Source of the DNA: Gordius albopunctatus
Lineage: Eukaryota
Assembly (NCBI GenBank): GCA_964276515.1
Contig: OZ193909.1
Location: 11,656,001 to 11,720,000, forward strand
Direction: 5' to 3'
DNA length: 64,000 bases
Under the pieces are notes generated by a model. It searched no databases. It saw nothing but the letters and a program-made list of their open reading frames with translations, and was not told the DNA's origin. Made by a program: the position numbers and the translations under genes. Shown piece after piece: positions 1 to 28,311 of the stretch; position 1 is the first letter of the stretch, and each line of letters starts with the position of its first letter.

Positions 1-1728
1 GAACAAAGAAGGGGAAAAACTTCTCCAAGTATCCCAAGCATATGACATGGAGATCGTTAACACCTATTTTCAAAAACGAGAAGATCATATTGTAACCTAT
101 AAAATTGGGAAGAATTTTAGTCAAATCGACTATTTGCTTATACGGCGAAAGGACTTATGGAGTATCAAGGATTGCAAAGTATTACCGGGAGAAGAAATCG
201 ACAGGCAACATCGTCCCCTTGTTATGGATACCGAAAGAAGAAAGGTCTATGAACGTCGAATTCGATACGAAAGGCTAAAGAATACATCGACGAACAAAGA
301 ATACTATCAAAAAGCCTCCTCACTCTTGGCGGCAAGTAAGTTGCAAAGGAACGTAGACGACGATTGGGAGACGCCATCGTGTTCTAGGACAGACCAAAGG
401 AGGCAAAGCTATGAATAGGGAACTATGGTGGTGGGATCAATCGATCAAAGATTTCATGGAAAGAAAGAAAAATCTATATAGACGGTGGCATAAATCAAAA
501 ATGTTGGAGGATTATCAAGAGTACAGGTACGCAAAGAGGGCCCCAAAAAAGGCCGTTGAAAAGGCGAAGAATGCCGCGTACACCGAGATGGCAAACAAAC
601 TGGATCATAAAGGGCGCGATAGGCTTATGTACAAATTGGCCAAGATAAGGGATAAGAAAAGTCGCGATGTCGGAGTTCTTAAAATAGTTAAAGCGAGAAG
701 GGTCAAACCTTATTCAAGCTGAAAGAAGTGATGGAAAGGTGGAAAGGATATTTTAAGAAGCTTATGAATATTGCAAATGACAAGGATCCCCTTCCCGAAA
801 TTGAGCCAAATATAAGTATGGTCGAACTCTTTCAGGAGGATGAAGTTAGGACACAAATGAACAAGATGCAAAAAGGAAAAGCAAATGGTCCAGATGGAAT
901 CCCTATGGAAGCATTGCTCGGATGTCGTGAAGAAGGAGTCACCACCATGACGAACCTCATTAACAGGATATTGGTAGAAGAGCGTATCCCTAATCAATGG
1001 AGAGCAAGCACCATTATACCCTTATTTAAAGGCAAAGGAGACCCTCAGTACTGCGGCAATTACACAGGTATCAAGCTAACTTGCCACTCCTTGAAGCTTA
1101 TGGAAAGGATCTTAGTAACAAGGCTGAAAGACGAGGTGGAAATATCGGTTAGTCAATTCGGATTCGTGGCCGACAAATCCACAATCGACCCAATCTCCGC
1201 ACTAAGACAAATGATGGATAAGTACGGAGAAAATAGGAAAGACCTACATATGATTTTTATCGACTTGGAGAAAGCTTATGACATGGTCCCCCGCGATTTA
1301 ATATGGTGTTGCCTGAGGAAACAAAATATCCCTGATGCATATATACGGCTTATGAAAAATATGTATTAAGCCTCAAACTGTTGCGTTAGGACGACAGTTG
1401 GAGATTCTAAACTCTTTCTGGTTAATATTGGATTACATCAAGGCTCTGATTTAAGTCCCTCGATAATGAGGGACATTCAAAAGCCATCGCTATGGGCATA
1501 TACTAAGAAGGGTCACGGATGAAGTAAATCGAAAAGTACTGGACATGGAGGTACCGGGGAAGAAAGGAAGAAGATGACCCCGTGTCACGTGGAAAGGGCA
1601 AGTCGATAAAGTTATGGAAGCTAAAGAGATTAGTCAAGATATGACACTCACCCGGTCAAGATGGAAGAAACTTATAAAAACAAACCCCACCAATGTGGGA
1701 ACAAATAACTGATAAAGAAGAAGAAGGA
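1..1728 (+). mobile_element. RTE-clade non-LTR retrotransposon (LINE), frameshifted and internally deleted; endonuclease C-terminus, RT N-terminus and 3' end
   Basis: ORFs 47-1369 carry APE motif SQIDYLL and RT motifs [33 protein letters not shown], then GLHQGS. A deletion near 1500 removes YADD. Ends with RWKKLIKTNP and a (GAA)n tail at ~1714-1728. Confidence 0.92.
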
Positions 1729-2803
1729 GATAAGCAGTTGATTTGTCAAAAAAATTTGAATTTATGGGCAAAAAGCTTTTTAAAATATTTACTATCGAAA
1801 AACAAACTCATTTTGTAAAGTAATTAATTCAGTTCCTATCTAAAAAGTATCTAGTCCCAGGAGTCAGTATAACAACTCTATATAGCCTGTTTTAGACTTC
1901 ATTTTTTCTATTCAAAATCTTATGAGAATACTGTACAAAACTATGGTGGACATCGATATAAAACATTATATTCCCTCACTTATGGCAAACAAGCTGTTAT
2001 CATATTTAAATAAATTGGCCAAATATTTCCGGTATTAAGAATTTTGCCATGTTTTACTTGAAGATAAAAGATTGATATTTAGATAGCAAAAGTATATTTT
2101 AGATGCTACGCCGACTTCTGGCCAGCATCACAGAGAGGGGAAGGGGCAAACCAGCTTTTATGCTTTTTACGCCTACCCTACCACAAGTTTGATTAGAAAA
2201 ACTATAGTTAGTAAATCAAGAGCGTCTTGATTGTTATTTTCGTTCGCCTTGACATTTAGCTGGAAGTGGGGATGAAATTTCCAAAGAGACGTCAGCCCGT
2301 TTTATCTTAGGCTACCATTACCAAGCTGTGCTAGCCTGAAGCTCTTTAATCGAGATGCTTGAGTACCTAAGATTATCAAAAGCGTTAGCATTATCGCGCC
2401 ATTTAGTGTTGAACTTTGTTGCTCGTCTATTTACTTGACTCTAATAGCCGCGATATGAGTTGCTGACCTGTAATTTTTTCAAAGCTGACCTTTCTTAATC
2501 AAAAATTCATTCATTGGTTATTTTATGAGAGGTGCTTGGGTTAAAATTTATTCTGAGTTTAACTTGAAATATTAATAAGGTTTTGGGATCCTTATTCTCA
2601 CCTTATATTAAATCTTGCTCATAGATGTGTTGAATAAACTACTACGAATTCTATCAAGCTAGTAGAAAGTCTAAATAATTAGATAACTCAATTTAAATTG
2701 CAATTTTATTTCATTTATATTGTTAAGTTTTAACTATTAGCATCTCCCCGCTGATGGGAATAGCCTATTAAATACGCTATGTCTACTAGCACATAGTCAC
2801 TTT

Positions 2804-2942
2804 CATGGGCGTAGGGCAAAACCAGGTTTTGAATTAGGGGGGGGGCGAAACGGTTAAAATAAAAGTTCAATTAGGGAGGGGCAAAATAAAAAAAAATATT
2901 AATTTGTAAGGGTTTTTTTACATTGGAGGGGGGAGGGGGCGA
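2804..2942. mobile_element. Fragment of a hAT-type MITE (CATGGGCGTAG family)
   Basis: Start and internal sequence resemble the TSD-flanked MITE at 7121-7290. Confidence 0.55.
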
Positions 2943-3164
2943 GTTATTGATAAAATAAATGTAGAAGCAATGCAAAATATTCAAATTAAAGTCATACACT
3001 TAATTAAATTTATATTAAAATAAGTCGTAGTTAGATGGTAAGATAGGGCAAAAAAATTATACTCAGATTTATTTTAATATTTAATAAAAATAAAATAAAA
3101 AATTAAAAAAATTATTCCCAGTGTTAGCGCCGGTGCTATAGCTCTAGCGCATTTAAGTGCTATC

Positions 3165-3380
3165 GGCTATAGCTTTAGCGCCTCAAACCTCCCATCTCCT
3201 ATAGCTCATAGCACCTCAAACCTCCCATCTCCCATAGCTCATAGCACCTCAGATCTCCCATCTCCCATAGTTCTAGCACCTCAAACCTCCCATCTCCCAT
3301 AGCTCTAGCGCCTCAAACCTCCCATCTCCCATAGCTCTACCGCCTCAAACCTCCCATCTCCTATAGCTTATAGCACTTAA
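3165..3380. repeat. Minisatellite, ~30-31-bp unit (ctcccatagctctagcgcctcaaacctcccat), about 6 copies
   Basis: Tandem units visible directly, with degenerate tagc-rich flanks. Confidence 0.9.
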
Positions 3381-4931
3381 AGTGACTATGTGCTATAGTT
3401 TTAGCTCCTTAAAAACGCTATTTCCCCATCACTAGTTTTAACTATGATCCCTACCCTATTATGAGAATGAGCCACAGTTCCGATGTATTGACCCCTTTTT
3501 CTTATTTACCACATCATCCATCCCAATCCACAGACAATTTTATCCCAGATGCTTAGGTAATAGTCATAATAAAAATAATAATAATCAGCTTTAATTTAAT
3601 ATTTGTTAACATTTTTAATCAGGGCGCCAATAAGTCTGATCAAGTAAGGCCGTGAAGAATAAAAACATTTGGAATATATAACTAAGCATTGGCTCAATTC
3701 AAAAGACCACCTTGGAAAGCTTCATTTATTCTTATCGGCAAAATGACTCAGAATACTTAATGTTTTCGCGTTGCTGATACTGTCCACCTAAAGCAAGACG
3801 GATCTGGTGCTTATATACGTTAAGTCTACTGAGATGAATATGTCATTGTTTGAAATGGCTCTCCAAAAACATGATTAGCTGCGTCATCCGTATTTAACCG
3901 ATCTAAATATATATCAAACTTTAATCTTTAATATAAGAGAGTTATCTAACATCGAGAAGTCTATAAGGGTATAATTTATATTTTGTCTAAGGCAAATTCT
4001 CTTCAAAGAACTAATTTATTTATAAGAATTTTTAGAGCTTTATAAAATATTATTAGGTTGACATATCATCCAACAGGGATACTGAAGGATAATTCTTATA
4101 TAAACTAATTCTTATCACGATATTTTGTCATTTTTTGGTGCTCAGTGAAGGCAAAGGAATCGTGGTTGTTATACGAAGCCGCGAAAATTTAGGGAAATTT
4201 TATGTCATAAAAATGCCGTTAACCCATGTCACCGTGGCGGATCCTACCTTACAATGAAGGATTGGATGGCCCAACAATGGATTAATTGACTTTGCAAGAT
4301 CCACCTGTTGTTCCAAGCTTACTGGTAATTTTAATTTGGTATAATATTTGATTAAGGCTTTATATAATAATATTTTATTTACTAATGTTTGGTGCTTTAT
4401 ATTTGATGTCCATAATGACATTTTTGTCTTTTTAGTTACGGCTTAATTGGTTTATGTTTATTCATAAACGATAGAATAGAAGATAAATAAATATATATTT
4501 TATGTTTAAAGCTATACATTAAGCCGCCTTTATACCCCAAAAAGTTAATTTTAAATTTCTATTCAAACGGATTTACTAGATATGGACCCCCAGAAATGTT
4601 TCAAAATTGTTTAAAAATTGCCAATTCAAAAAATAGTCCACTTTGATCACGTTTTAAAATCTTTAAATAACAATTTTTAAGTTAAGTTTTTCTTAAATCT
4701 TTTTATCTTGAAAAACTTATATTAGGACCTACCATATACCATTTCTTTCCCATACGCCTCCCCCCCCCCCCCCTGCGCCGATTAAAATTAATATATTGGT
4801 GGGGAATTTTATCTTTCAAACGACGTGCCCTCATAAGGATTCTAGTATACCCAACTCGCAGAGTTCATCACGATCGCGTAATAAAAATGAAGAAAATTCA
4901 TCTACCACCTGGGTAATGGCAGCACCTGAAA

Positions 4932-6267
4932 CAGGCGCGTAGCCAGGATTTTCTCAAGGGGGTAGAAAATTTCCATTTTTTTAAACATTTTTATTTCAAT
5001 AATATTAATACAAAAGCGGTGTTTAAAAATAGTCGCTATAAAACAATTTTTAATTTTCTTTTGCTAAAAGATAAGACATCAAGAATTTCATTCGGAGTTG
5101 GGGCTAACTCCCGATGAATCGTTAAAAGCACCAAACCATTTAATCGATTGTTTGACATGGTATTCCGTATGTAGGTCTTAAGTCTTCTCAAAGTTGAGAA
5201 ACTTCTCTCATTTGTGCATGTAGTAATGGGGTCCAAAGCATTCTTGGGACGCAATTCTTCTGGCATCTGAGACAACGACATATAACAAATATCAAATACT
5301 GTCTTAATGTCAACATTTGTACCATTCAAGCCATTAAAGTAAAAATCCACTAAGTGATTTATTTTTATACGAGCTGCAGGCGAAACTTTCTAATCTTGAG
5401 GAAACAAAATTTGAAAATTTGCAATAATTTCCTTCTTGTTTAAAAACTTTTTATTGAGTGGAACAATAAAAGAATCAAGTAATGGTATAAAAATTGTGAT
5501 TTTATAATATTCCTCAACGGAGTCTGTTGGAATATTACTTCGGAAAGTTTGTTTTCTAGCCCATCTGGGTTTTACAAGATCAAACTGCTATAAGTTTGCC
5601 TTAGCTTCAGCCATTAAAAAAATTTGATGAAACTCTTCATCAACATTATTTCTCCACAATTTCATCGGATCAACAATGTTTTGGGCCATCTCGGTGACCT
5701 GCTGTAGGTCTAAATTTTTTTTGCAATTGCCTGCAAAGAATTGATGCATAACTGAAAAGTTTATGAAGAAATAATAGCGATATTATAAAGTCCGATTGCC
5801 GCAAAGAAGACAGCAAAGTTGCCGCCTCTGTTGCGGCATCGCGATCATACCAGGTAGAAATTTTTTCTAAAGCAGGATAAATCGCATCTTGAAGTTTTAT
5901 AAATAATATCAGATCAGTGAATAGAAAAATAAATCAACCATAGCAATTAATTATAAATAGATCAAGAAATTACTAGGTTTAGATGTACAAGGATCGGATA
6001 ATTTCATAGGGAAATAATGCTCCAAATTTCTTTTATCAATTGTAATGCAAGTGAATAAACGATAGCAGAAAAAGAAAATAATGGTTAATTGGCTTTTTGT
6101 CAAAACTCAATTCAGAAATAAAAAAGTATATATCGGTATTTATTTCTAAATGTCATTTTGAGTCAGTTACACAATCTAAAAATATGTTATTTTTTAATAA
6201 AAAAAATGATTAATTTTTACCAAGGGGGTAGAATTTCCCTTTTTCTACCCCCTTCTGTACGCCTATG
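4932..6267 (-). mobile_element. Internally deleted hAT DNA transposon (ZMYM1/THAP12-like transposase remnant)
   Basis: 8-bp TSD acctgaaa at 4924-4931 and 6268-6275. Imperfect TIRs (CAGGCGCGTA / CATAGGCGTA). ORF 5036-5350 has hAT dimerisation motif TTCTNERSFSTLRRLKTYIRNTMSNNRLNGLVLL. Confidence 0.9.
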
Positions 6268-7120
6268 ACCTGAAACAATACTTAAGAAAGAAGGATTGGG
6301 TAGCTATGAGTCCGAGCTGATGCGCGCTATAGGGAGTATTAGGTACACCGATTTTTTTCACATTTCCCCTCTCTTTAACTAAATAGGAGGCACTATTAGA
6401 ATTATACCAGGTATTTCTGCCGAAATCCGTTGTACAACTGTGTTACTCCCATACATTAGGAGCAGATGCCACTGTCCACGCACTCCGCACATTTGAGATT
6501 AAGTCTCTCTACTTATGGATAGTGAAATTTTTGTTTTTCTCCATTTCCCTTTAGCTACTGGTCGCACAGATGCCAAATTTGGCTCTTAAGGCGATCGCGG
6601 GCAGCTCATCGGCTTTGAGGAAAGCTTAAGAGAACCGCTCGCAATCGCGAACTTCAATTTTAGCAATATGCAGGACTAATTACTTCCACTACGCCCGATA
6701 GCAACAGGGGTGTTTGAGTAATTTCGATATCACACCTGATGATTTACTTTGTGTTTTAAGCCAGGATTGTTTCCTATTAAAATGTTTCACTTTCATTTGT
6801 GGCCTGAAAGTTCCATTTTATCAGGAGGCCGTTAGATCCACGAGGCCTCACTCAAAAATACAACTTATCAAGAATTCACCATCGCTCTGCGATTTTCCAA
6901 GTCTTAACCACTTTATTGTAATATCTACACCACTTTACCGGAGAGAAAGGCGTCAAAAAAGGTTTTGTCTTTTACGTCGACAAAAATTGTAAATTCTACC
7001 ATACAAAAGCATTGCCTGACAAGCAGATTAGAAAAACTATATTAAGTTTTGGAAAAAAGGCTTTAGCAGTCATAAATATTATTTTCCAAAATTCCGCCCA
7101 ATTGGAATAACATCGGCTAC

Positions 7121-7290
7121 CATGGGATCAGCCAGGTTTTGGATTAGGGAGGGGCAAATCGTTCAAAAGTTACATTAGGGAGGGGCAAAACATAAAATTT
7201 CTTAATTTGTAAGGGATTTTGCATTGAAAATATTTTTTCCGTCAATCAGGGGAGGGGCGGCTGGTCCTTCCCCCCCCCCCTACGCCCCTG
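7121..7290. mobile_element. hAT-type MITE upstream of dynamin
   Basis: 8-bp TSD tcggctac at 7113-7120 and 7291-7298. Termini CATGGG...CCCCTG. Confidence 0.85.
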
Positions 7291-7718
7291 TCGGCTACGA
7301 TAATTTAATCTTGCTTTTCACATTAAAAAAATTTACGTGTCATCATAGCTTTATAGTTTCATTCTCTAGAGCCTTATAATTGCATATTTTTTACCGTCTC
7401 CGCTCTTTAAATGCTTTATATATCCTAGGCCACAACACAGACTGCTTAGCAATATAACCGTTCTAAAATGTCTCTTATGCAACATTTTCAAGATTGCCGG
7501 TATAAGTATATTGGGTATAACCTTTTTATTGACCTTTTTTGAAACCCCGTTATCCATCTTAGTGAGTTTTATATAATTTAGTGCTTATGAAATATTTTTG
7601 ATATAAATTCCTAAATGTTTTCCTTGTGGTTCTTATTAGGAAGCTGATCACTTGCATGTGGTAGCATTAAATGGAATTATTTTTTTATTCTTGAGGATAG
7701 ATTACTTTTAATATCAAA

Positions 7719-22830
<15,112 letters not shown>

Positions 22831-23442
22831 AGACCCCGTCCTAGCCAAACTCTCACACCCTTGTCGCAAAATGAAGAACCGGTGTCATTACCTACAAATA
22901 CGCTTACCGCAGCATCACAGAACATTCCCTTAAATTAAATCACTGACCTAATACCATTACATCTAACACATTGTCCCTCTTAGTGTTGAGTCTTTGCTAG
23001 CCAAAACTTTAGCTCCGTTCGTTATTATAACCTCGTTGCCAAATTGCAGATTTATCGCTGACCCCATTTCCCCCTCCTTGATCTATTTTTATTCTACTTA
23101 TATACGTCATTCGTTATTCGTCGTCGTAACGGTGTTTCTGTTTCGTGATTTGTACAGTGCGTGCCTCCCTTCATTTGTAACACCATTAACTAACATGCGG
23201 CTCTAGTAGCCTTAGGAAATTTTATATGTGGGTGTTGTAAACGCGTAAGCTTAGGTTAACAAGTATCATCTAAATATCGTGCATCGTCTTCAAGTAAATT
23301 GGCAACATCATTTAATTTTTAAATACCATGCATGCGAATGATTTTTTGTATTAAAATGTGCTAACAAAATAAAATTTTGTTGTAATACCCCCATAAATAT
23401 TATTCTTCAAGAATGTAATTTAATATATACCGGTGATTTTTA

Positions 23443-24544
23443 CAGTGGTCGATAAAATTTCCAAGGGGGCGATGTCATGTTGCATTTTGGTTAATATTTT
23501 CAAACATTAAGTTAAATGTAAATAAATTTTCAAAGACATAAAATTAATATTTATAAATAAAATTTGAGAGTGAAGCTGAAGTGCACTATTCTATTTAACC
23601 CATAAGATTTAACTAGCAAGCACAAGATTTACATTTTCAATCATAAATATTTTGTTTGATTTTCAAAATACTAATAATAATAAAACCAATCTGATGAAGA
23701 AACAAAAATAATCAAATAATATAAATTATACATATCAAATTATCACGAAATTCAGCAATATTCGTCATAATTTTTCCGAGGTTGAGTTTCACATTAACTC
23801 ACAGGCGGTAACTCAGCTAATCGCTTTACCTAAACCTTTTCCACATAGATTTTTCCCACAAATCCGTGGATCAAGCAAGTAGGCGGCCAAATGTATTTCT
23901 AGACAATAATCTAGGATGATTTTCTTTCAATCGTGTATTTATCGAATAAAATGCTCAGCAACATCTGATAAAATGCTTGATCTCCCTCCATCTGCATTAT
24001 TTTAGAATTTAAAAGGCCTAAAAATGGTAAGGTGGTTCGAATCAAACTTCAAAAGTTATCATTGTCTAACAAAATTTGCCCTTTTTGTCTTTGTCATCGG
24101 AACCTTCACTGACGGATGTTTCTTGAACGATAGCCTTATTTGAAGTCAAGCTTTCAAGCATAATAACAGCACCACCCAATCTGGTAGGATTAAGAACTTT
24201 CAGTGAAATTGCCTTTCCTTTTTGCAATTGCTTTTCTTTCATTATAGTGTTAAGCATATAGATCTTGTAAATAAAGGAATAGATGAGAGAATAACATACT
24301 AAATTAGTGAGTATTCAAATCACATAAAAATCTTCACTTTTTAGTACAGTTTAACTTGGTAAGACCTCATTGACGCGATAACATACTATTTATTTATAAT
24401 GCTTTAGGGAGGGGCAAAATGATAATTTTTAGAAATTAAATCCATGATCATATTAATTTTGTTGGGAATTTCTGGATTTAGAATGGGGCAGCCGCCCCTT
24501 CCTTCCTCCCCCTGGCTGCATCCATGGCTCTGGCTACGTCCATG
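23443..24544 (-). mobile_element. Degraded hAT transposon
   Basis: Minus-strand peptides LKVLNPTRLGGAVIMLESLTSNK and YLLDPR. Right end tggctacgtccatg belongs to the CATGGGCGTAG terminal family. Confidence 0.6.
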
Positions 24545-24799
24545 TATTTTATTAGCATTAAGACGCATATATTTCTACAAGGTTTTGGCGTTTTATTGGT
24601 AAAAATGTTAAACCTAAAACTTAATTTAGATTTGTAAAATAATAGAAAATCTATCTAATTCAAAAAAATTCTTAACAGATGGTCAATAATAAATTGAGAA
24701 AACTGATACATTTATTAATTTTACAGAAATGTCGTAGTCATGGGCGTAGTGAGGGGGCAACTGCCTCTAAATGGATGGTTTGTTTATACAAATGGCGTT

Positions 24800-27560
24800 A
24801 AAAATACTAAACTACATGTCCACCAACAATATCGCAACTCAAAGATGGATTCATAACCTCCGTTGTGTCCGCGCCAAAACGCGACATTTCGTCGGCCAAA
24901 TGGTTTTTATCTCCTTTACGATATTTTAAGGTTAAAGTAAAATTACCTACGGTGACACTAAAAAATCGGGATTAGTTTTAATAAACAAAGAGAGCAATGG
25001 TTTGTGAACTGTATAAACACGATGAATGATTTTCCGACTAAATATTCTCTACACCGTTTCAGGCCATAAACCATTGCTAACGCCTCTTTCTCTATTACCG
25101 AATAATTGAATTCAGGTTTAGTTAATTTATGAAAAAAATATTACAGGGTGTTCTACACTGCCTTCGAATTGACATAATGCACCACCGATTCCATTATTAA
25201 ATGCGTCAACCCTTAAAACGTTTTCACCTTCCGGATCATAACATTTTAACATAGGCTGCCTTAATAGAACTTGTTTTACATAATTATAACATGCTTCATG
25301 CTCATCAGTCCAATTATATATGCTATTTATGCCAATTAAATTATACGATAGAGCTGCATATTTACTATAATCACTGATAAACTTGTTATAATAAGTCCTC
25401 AAACTCTTGCATTTTTGATAGCATATATCTTAGTAAGATTTGGTCTAACAACACAATCGTATCCTAATATATGTTCTAAATACATAACCTGTTCTACAGC
25501 AAAAACGCATTTCTTTGCAGCAATACGTAAACCTTTTGCCTTAATTAATTTTAACACAGTTATTAAACGCTTCTCATGTTCGTCCTTAGCGGAACCAGTG
25601 ATCAAGATATAAATTTGAAAACATTGAGGCCATTGTTCTTTTAAAAATTGCTAGCGATGTATATTTTTATATCCACTATCCCCGCTCCTCGAAATTATAC
25701 AAGATAATATAGAATGTGAATTACTATAGATTTTTAGTTGCCATTAAAGATACATAGAAAATCTCGGTAAACCTCAAAAATACTTTACCATTTTTAGTAA
25801 CCATTTTATTTATAAAAATTCTAGAATTAAATCGATTGTTATATCTCTTTTTGTAATCGCGTTCGCGTATCGAAGAATCGCGCCTATGATAATATATTAA
25901 ACATATATATATTCCGGAGTAGGCTAAACATTCTCCAATCCTGGTGACATATTTCATATCGTAAAAACGCGTTGCTTAAACGTTCTCTTACCGAGTGAAA
26001 GAAAACAACGCGTCTGCGTTCGTTAATTCTCCCTTTTTTGTTTACAAACAAACAGCAGTGCTGGTATCAATTGCAACATGGGAATGTTGCAAAACCTTTT
26101 AATGAAAAATGGAAAAATTGTGCTAATTAAAGATTTATACAACCTTAGAACAACTAACAAGTTTAACGTTAGCAAAAATGACTTAATTGATACACTCAAT
26201 GTAATTTATAATGATGGTGATGGAAATGTGGATGTGCCAGTTATCCAGAATGAATTTGCAGGGATTTTTTTCCAAACTAAAAAATAACAAAACATCTTTG
26301 CAAAATTCCCAGAAGTTTTGTTTGTGGATGCAACCTACAAACTTAATGTATTCAAGTTTCCTGTCTTTTTGTTGTTGGTAATAGATAATTATGGAATCAG
26401 TAGGATTGTAGGAACCTTTTTAGTTAAGTCTGAAAGTTTACAACAAATCTTGTATTTTTTGAACATTTTTAAAAATTTTAATCCATCGTGGACATCAACT
26501 CAAACAATTGCAGATTGTAGTTATGCATATTCCACGTATTGCAAATATCTAAGGGAGATCACCCCCAAAATAGGAGCATTACCGAAGTGCAATGCTCCAT
26601 AGTTCAAAAAATTTTAAAATCGTTGGTATATGCCAAATCTCCTACCCAATATGATGACTTCGTTCTTCTTTTGAACAATCTAAATTTCCCAAAAGTTACG
26701 ACATAGATTGCCTATAAGTTAATATTTGATAATATTAACATTTGTCCATAATTTAGTAATAAATATTGAGTTTCCATACTTAAGCCATTAATATATTAAA
26801 ATAGCTTGATTTTGATTGCTTAATACTAAATATTTGATATCAACATTTCTCTATACAACAATTTTTATTAGGCAAGCTGGTTTCATAATTCTCTTTTATT
26901 TACATGCCACCATGAGAAGAAATAAAATTTTGGAAATTATATATAGTATTAATTCTAAACTTTATTAATTCATACCAACAATTCTTTGAAGCTTTCTCTT
27001 TTTCAGGAATATTAGCTTGAGAACCTAAATAAATATAATTAAATTTAAAATTAATATACTTGTGAAATCCCAAGAAATAGATTTTAAGTTGTTTTTAGAC
27101 ATAAACATATTCGCAGTGTACAAAATAAATTAAATTTCTAATATATTGTATTACTATCTAAAAAATATATGACCAGAAAAAATTTGATTGAAATTATCAA
27201 GAAAAATGAAATGATACGTAAAAATGGCGCACTGCTGTTTGTTTGTAAACAAAAAAAGGGACAATTAACGAACGCAGGGGCGTTGTTTTCCTTCACTCGG
27301 TAAGAGAACGTTTAAGCAACGCGTTTTTACGATATGAAATATGTTACCAGGATTGGAGAATGTTTAGCCTAGTCCATATATTCCTGGTCATTGTTACACG
27401 ATCCAAATTCTTGTACTGTATAAGCAATCTGACATTCCATTTTCTTATTCAATCCAAAAAATGCTACGCCTTTAATCTACATCATTGTCTTAATTATAGG
27501 TGAAACGTTTTCATCTATATCTTTAAACAGTTTAGAGATTATTAATCAGTGGATTAAAAA
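24800..27560 (-). mobile_element. Ty3/Gypsy pol remnant (RT and RNase H), interrupted by a Mutator element
   Basis: Peptides EHEKRLITVLKLIKAKGLRIAAKKCVFAVEQVMYL, YYNKFISDYS, WTDEHEAC, LRVDAFNNGIGGALCQ...HPVIFFS, then EKEALA. Outer limits approximate. Confidence 0.8.
25916..27375 (+). mobile_element. Mutator-like (MULE) DNA transposon, internally deleted
   Basis: ~145-bp TIRs at 25916-26060 and 27229-27375. 9-bp TSD atatattcc at 25907-25915 and 27376-27384. Transposase motif FVDATYKLNVFKFPVFLLLVIDNYGISRIVG. Confidence 0.95.
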
Positions 27561-28311
27561 TTATATACATATAGGATATTTGATATGCATATGTTTTGTT
27601 TATATATGTTCAAGGAACAACTAAAAAAATAAACATAAAATTAATTATTATATTATACATAATCATTTAGTTAGCCATTTCTGGGCGGTCGGGTGTTTTC
27701 ACGGGAAATAAATGTTCAAAAAGTTTTTTTCTTACCAATTTTCATAATCATATTCGGAAATTTTACAATGCATTTTGTCAAAAATCACATTAAAAAATTG
27801 TATGTATATATTATGTTTCCAGGTTTTTATAAGTGTCTTATTGCTTTTTATACAACTAAACTATAATATTTTAACCCATTTAATCTAATTCATTAATTAA
27901 AAAAGTTTAAAGCGTTGGCAAGGGGGAGAGAAGTCCCCCCCACGCCCTCCCTTTTTTATTAACAGATTAATCCCATCAAACGTCTTTTAAGTCTTATTTT
28001 TTGCATAACCTTTCCATTTTTGTATGTTTTTAACATTATGTGCTTTAATTAATTACCCTTTAATGGCAAAAATATTTTAGTAAAATCAAAGTTTAAATTA
28101 TTTTGTTCAATATGCCCGAAAATACATAAAATTTTATAAATGAATAAAAAAATATACTCCATTTTGTTTTATAATTTATTTGAAATGAATACTATTTCAT
28201 TATACATCAGCAAGGATGAATGGACTTGATTATAATAATTAAGTGAAATGAAGTGTGCATTCTATTTAATCTTTCACTGCAAACTTCTCCAATACCATCT
28301 TAAATAGCCGT

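Noticed and set aside
3165..3380. CRISPR-like spacing of ~30-bp repeats
   Set aside because: No unique spacers, eukaryotic context, no cas genes.
6714..7557. Short ORFs in the track (also many at 11-13 kb, 34 kb, 40.5 kb and 56 kb)
   Set aside because: Low-complexity AT-rich translations without recognisable motifs or splice support.
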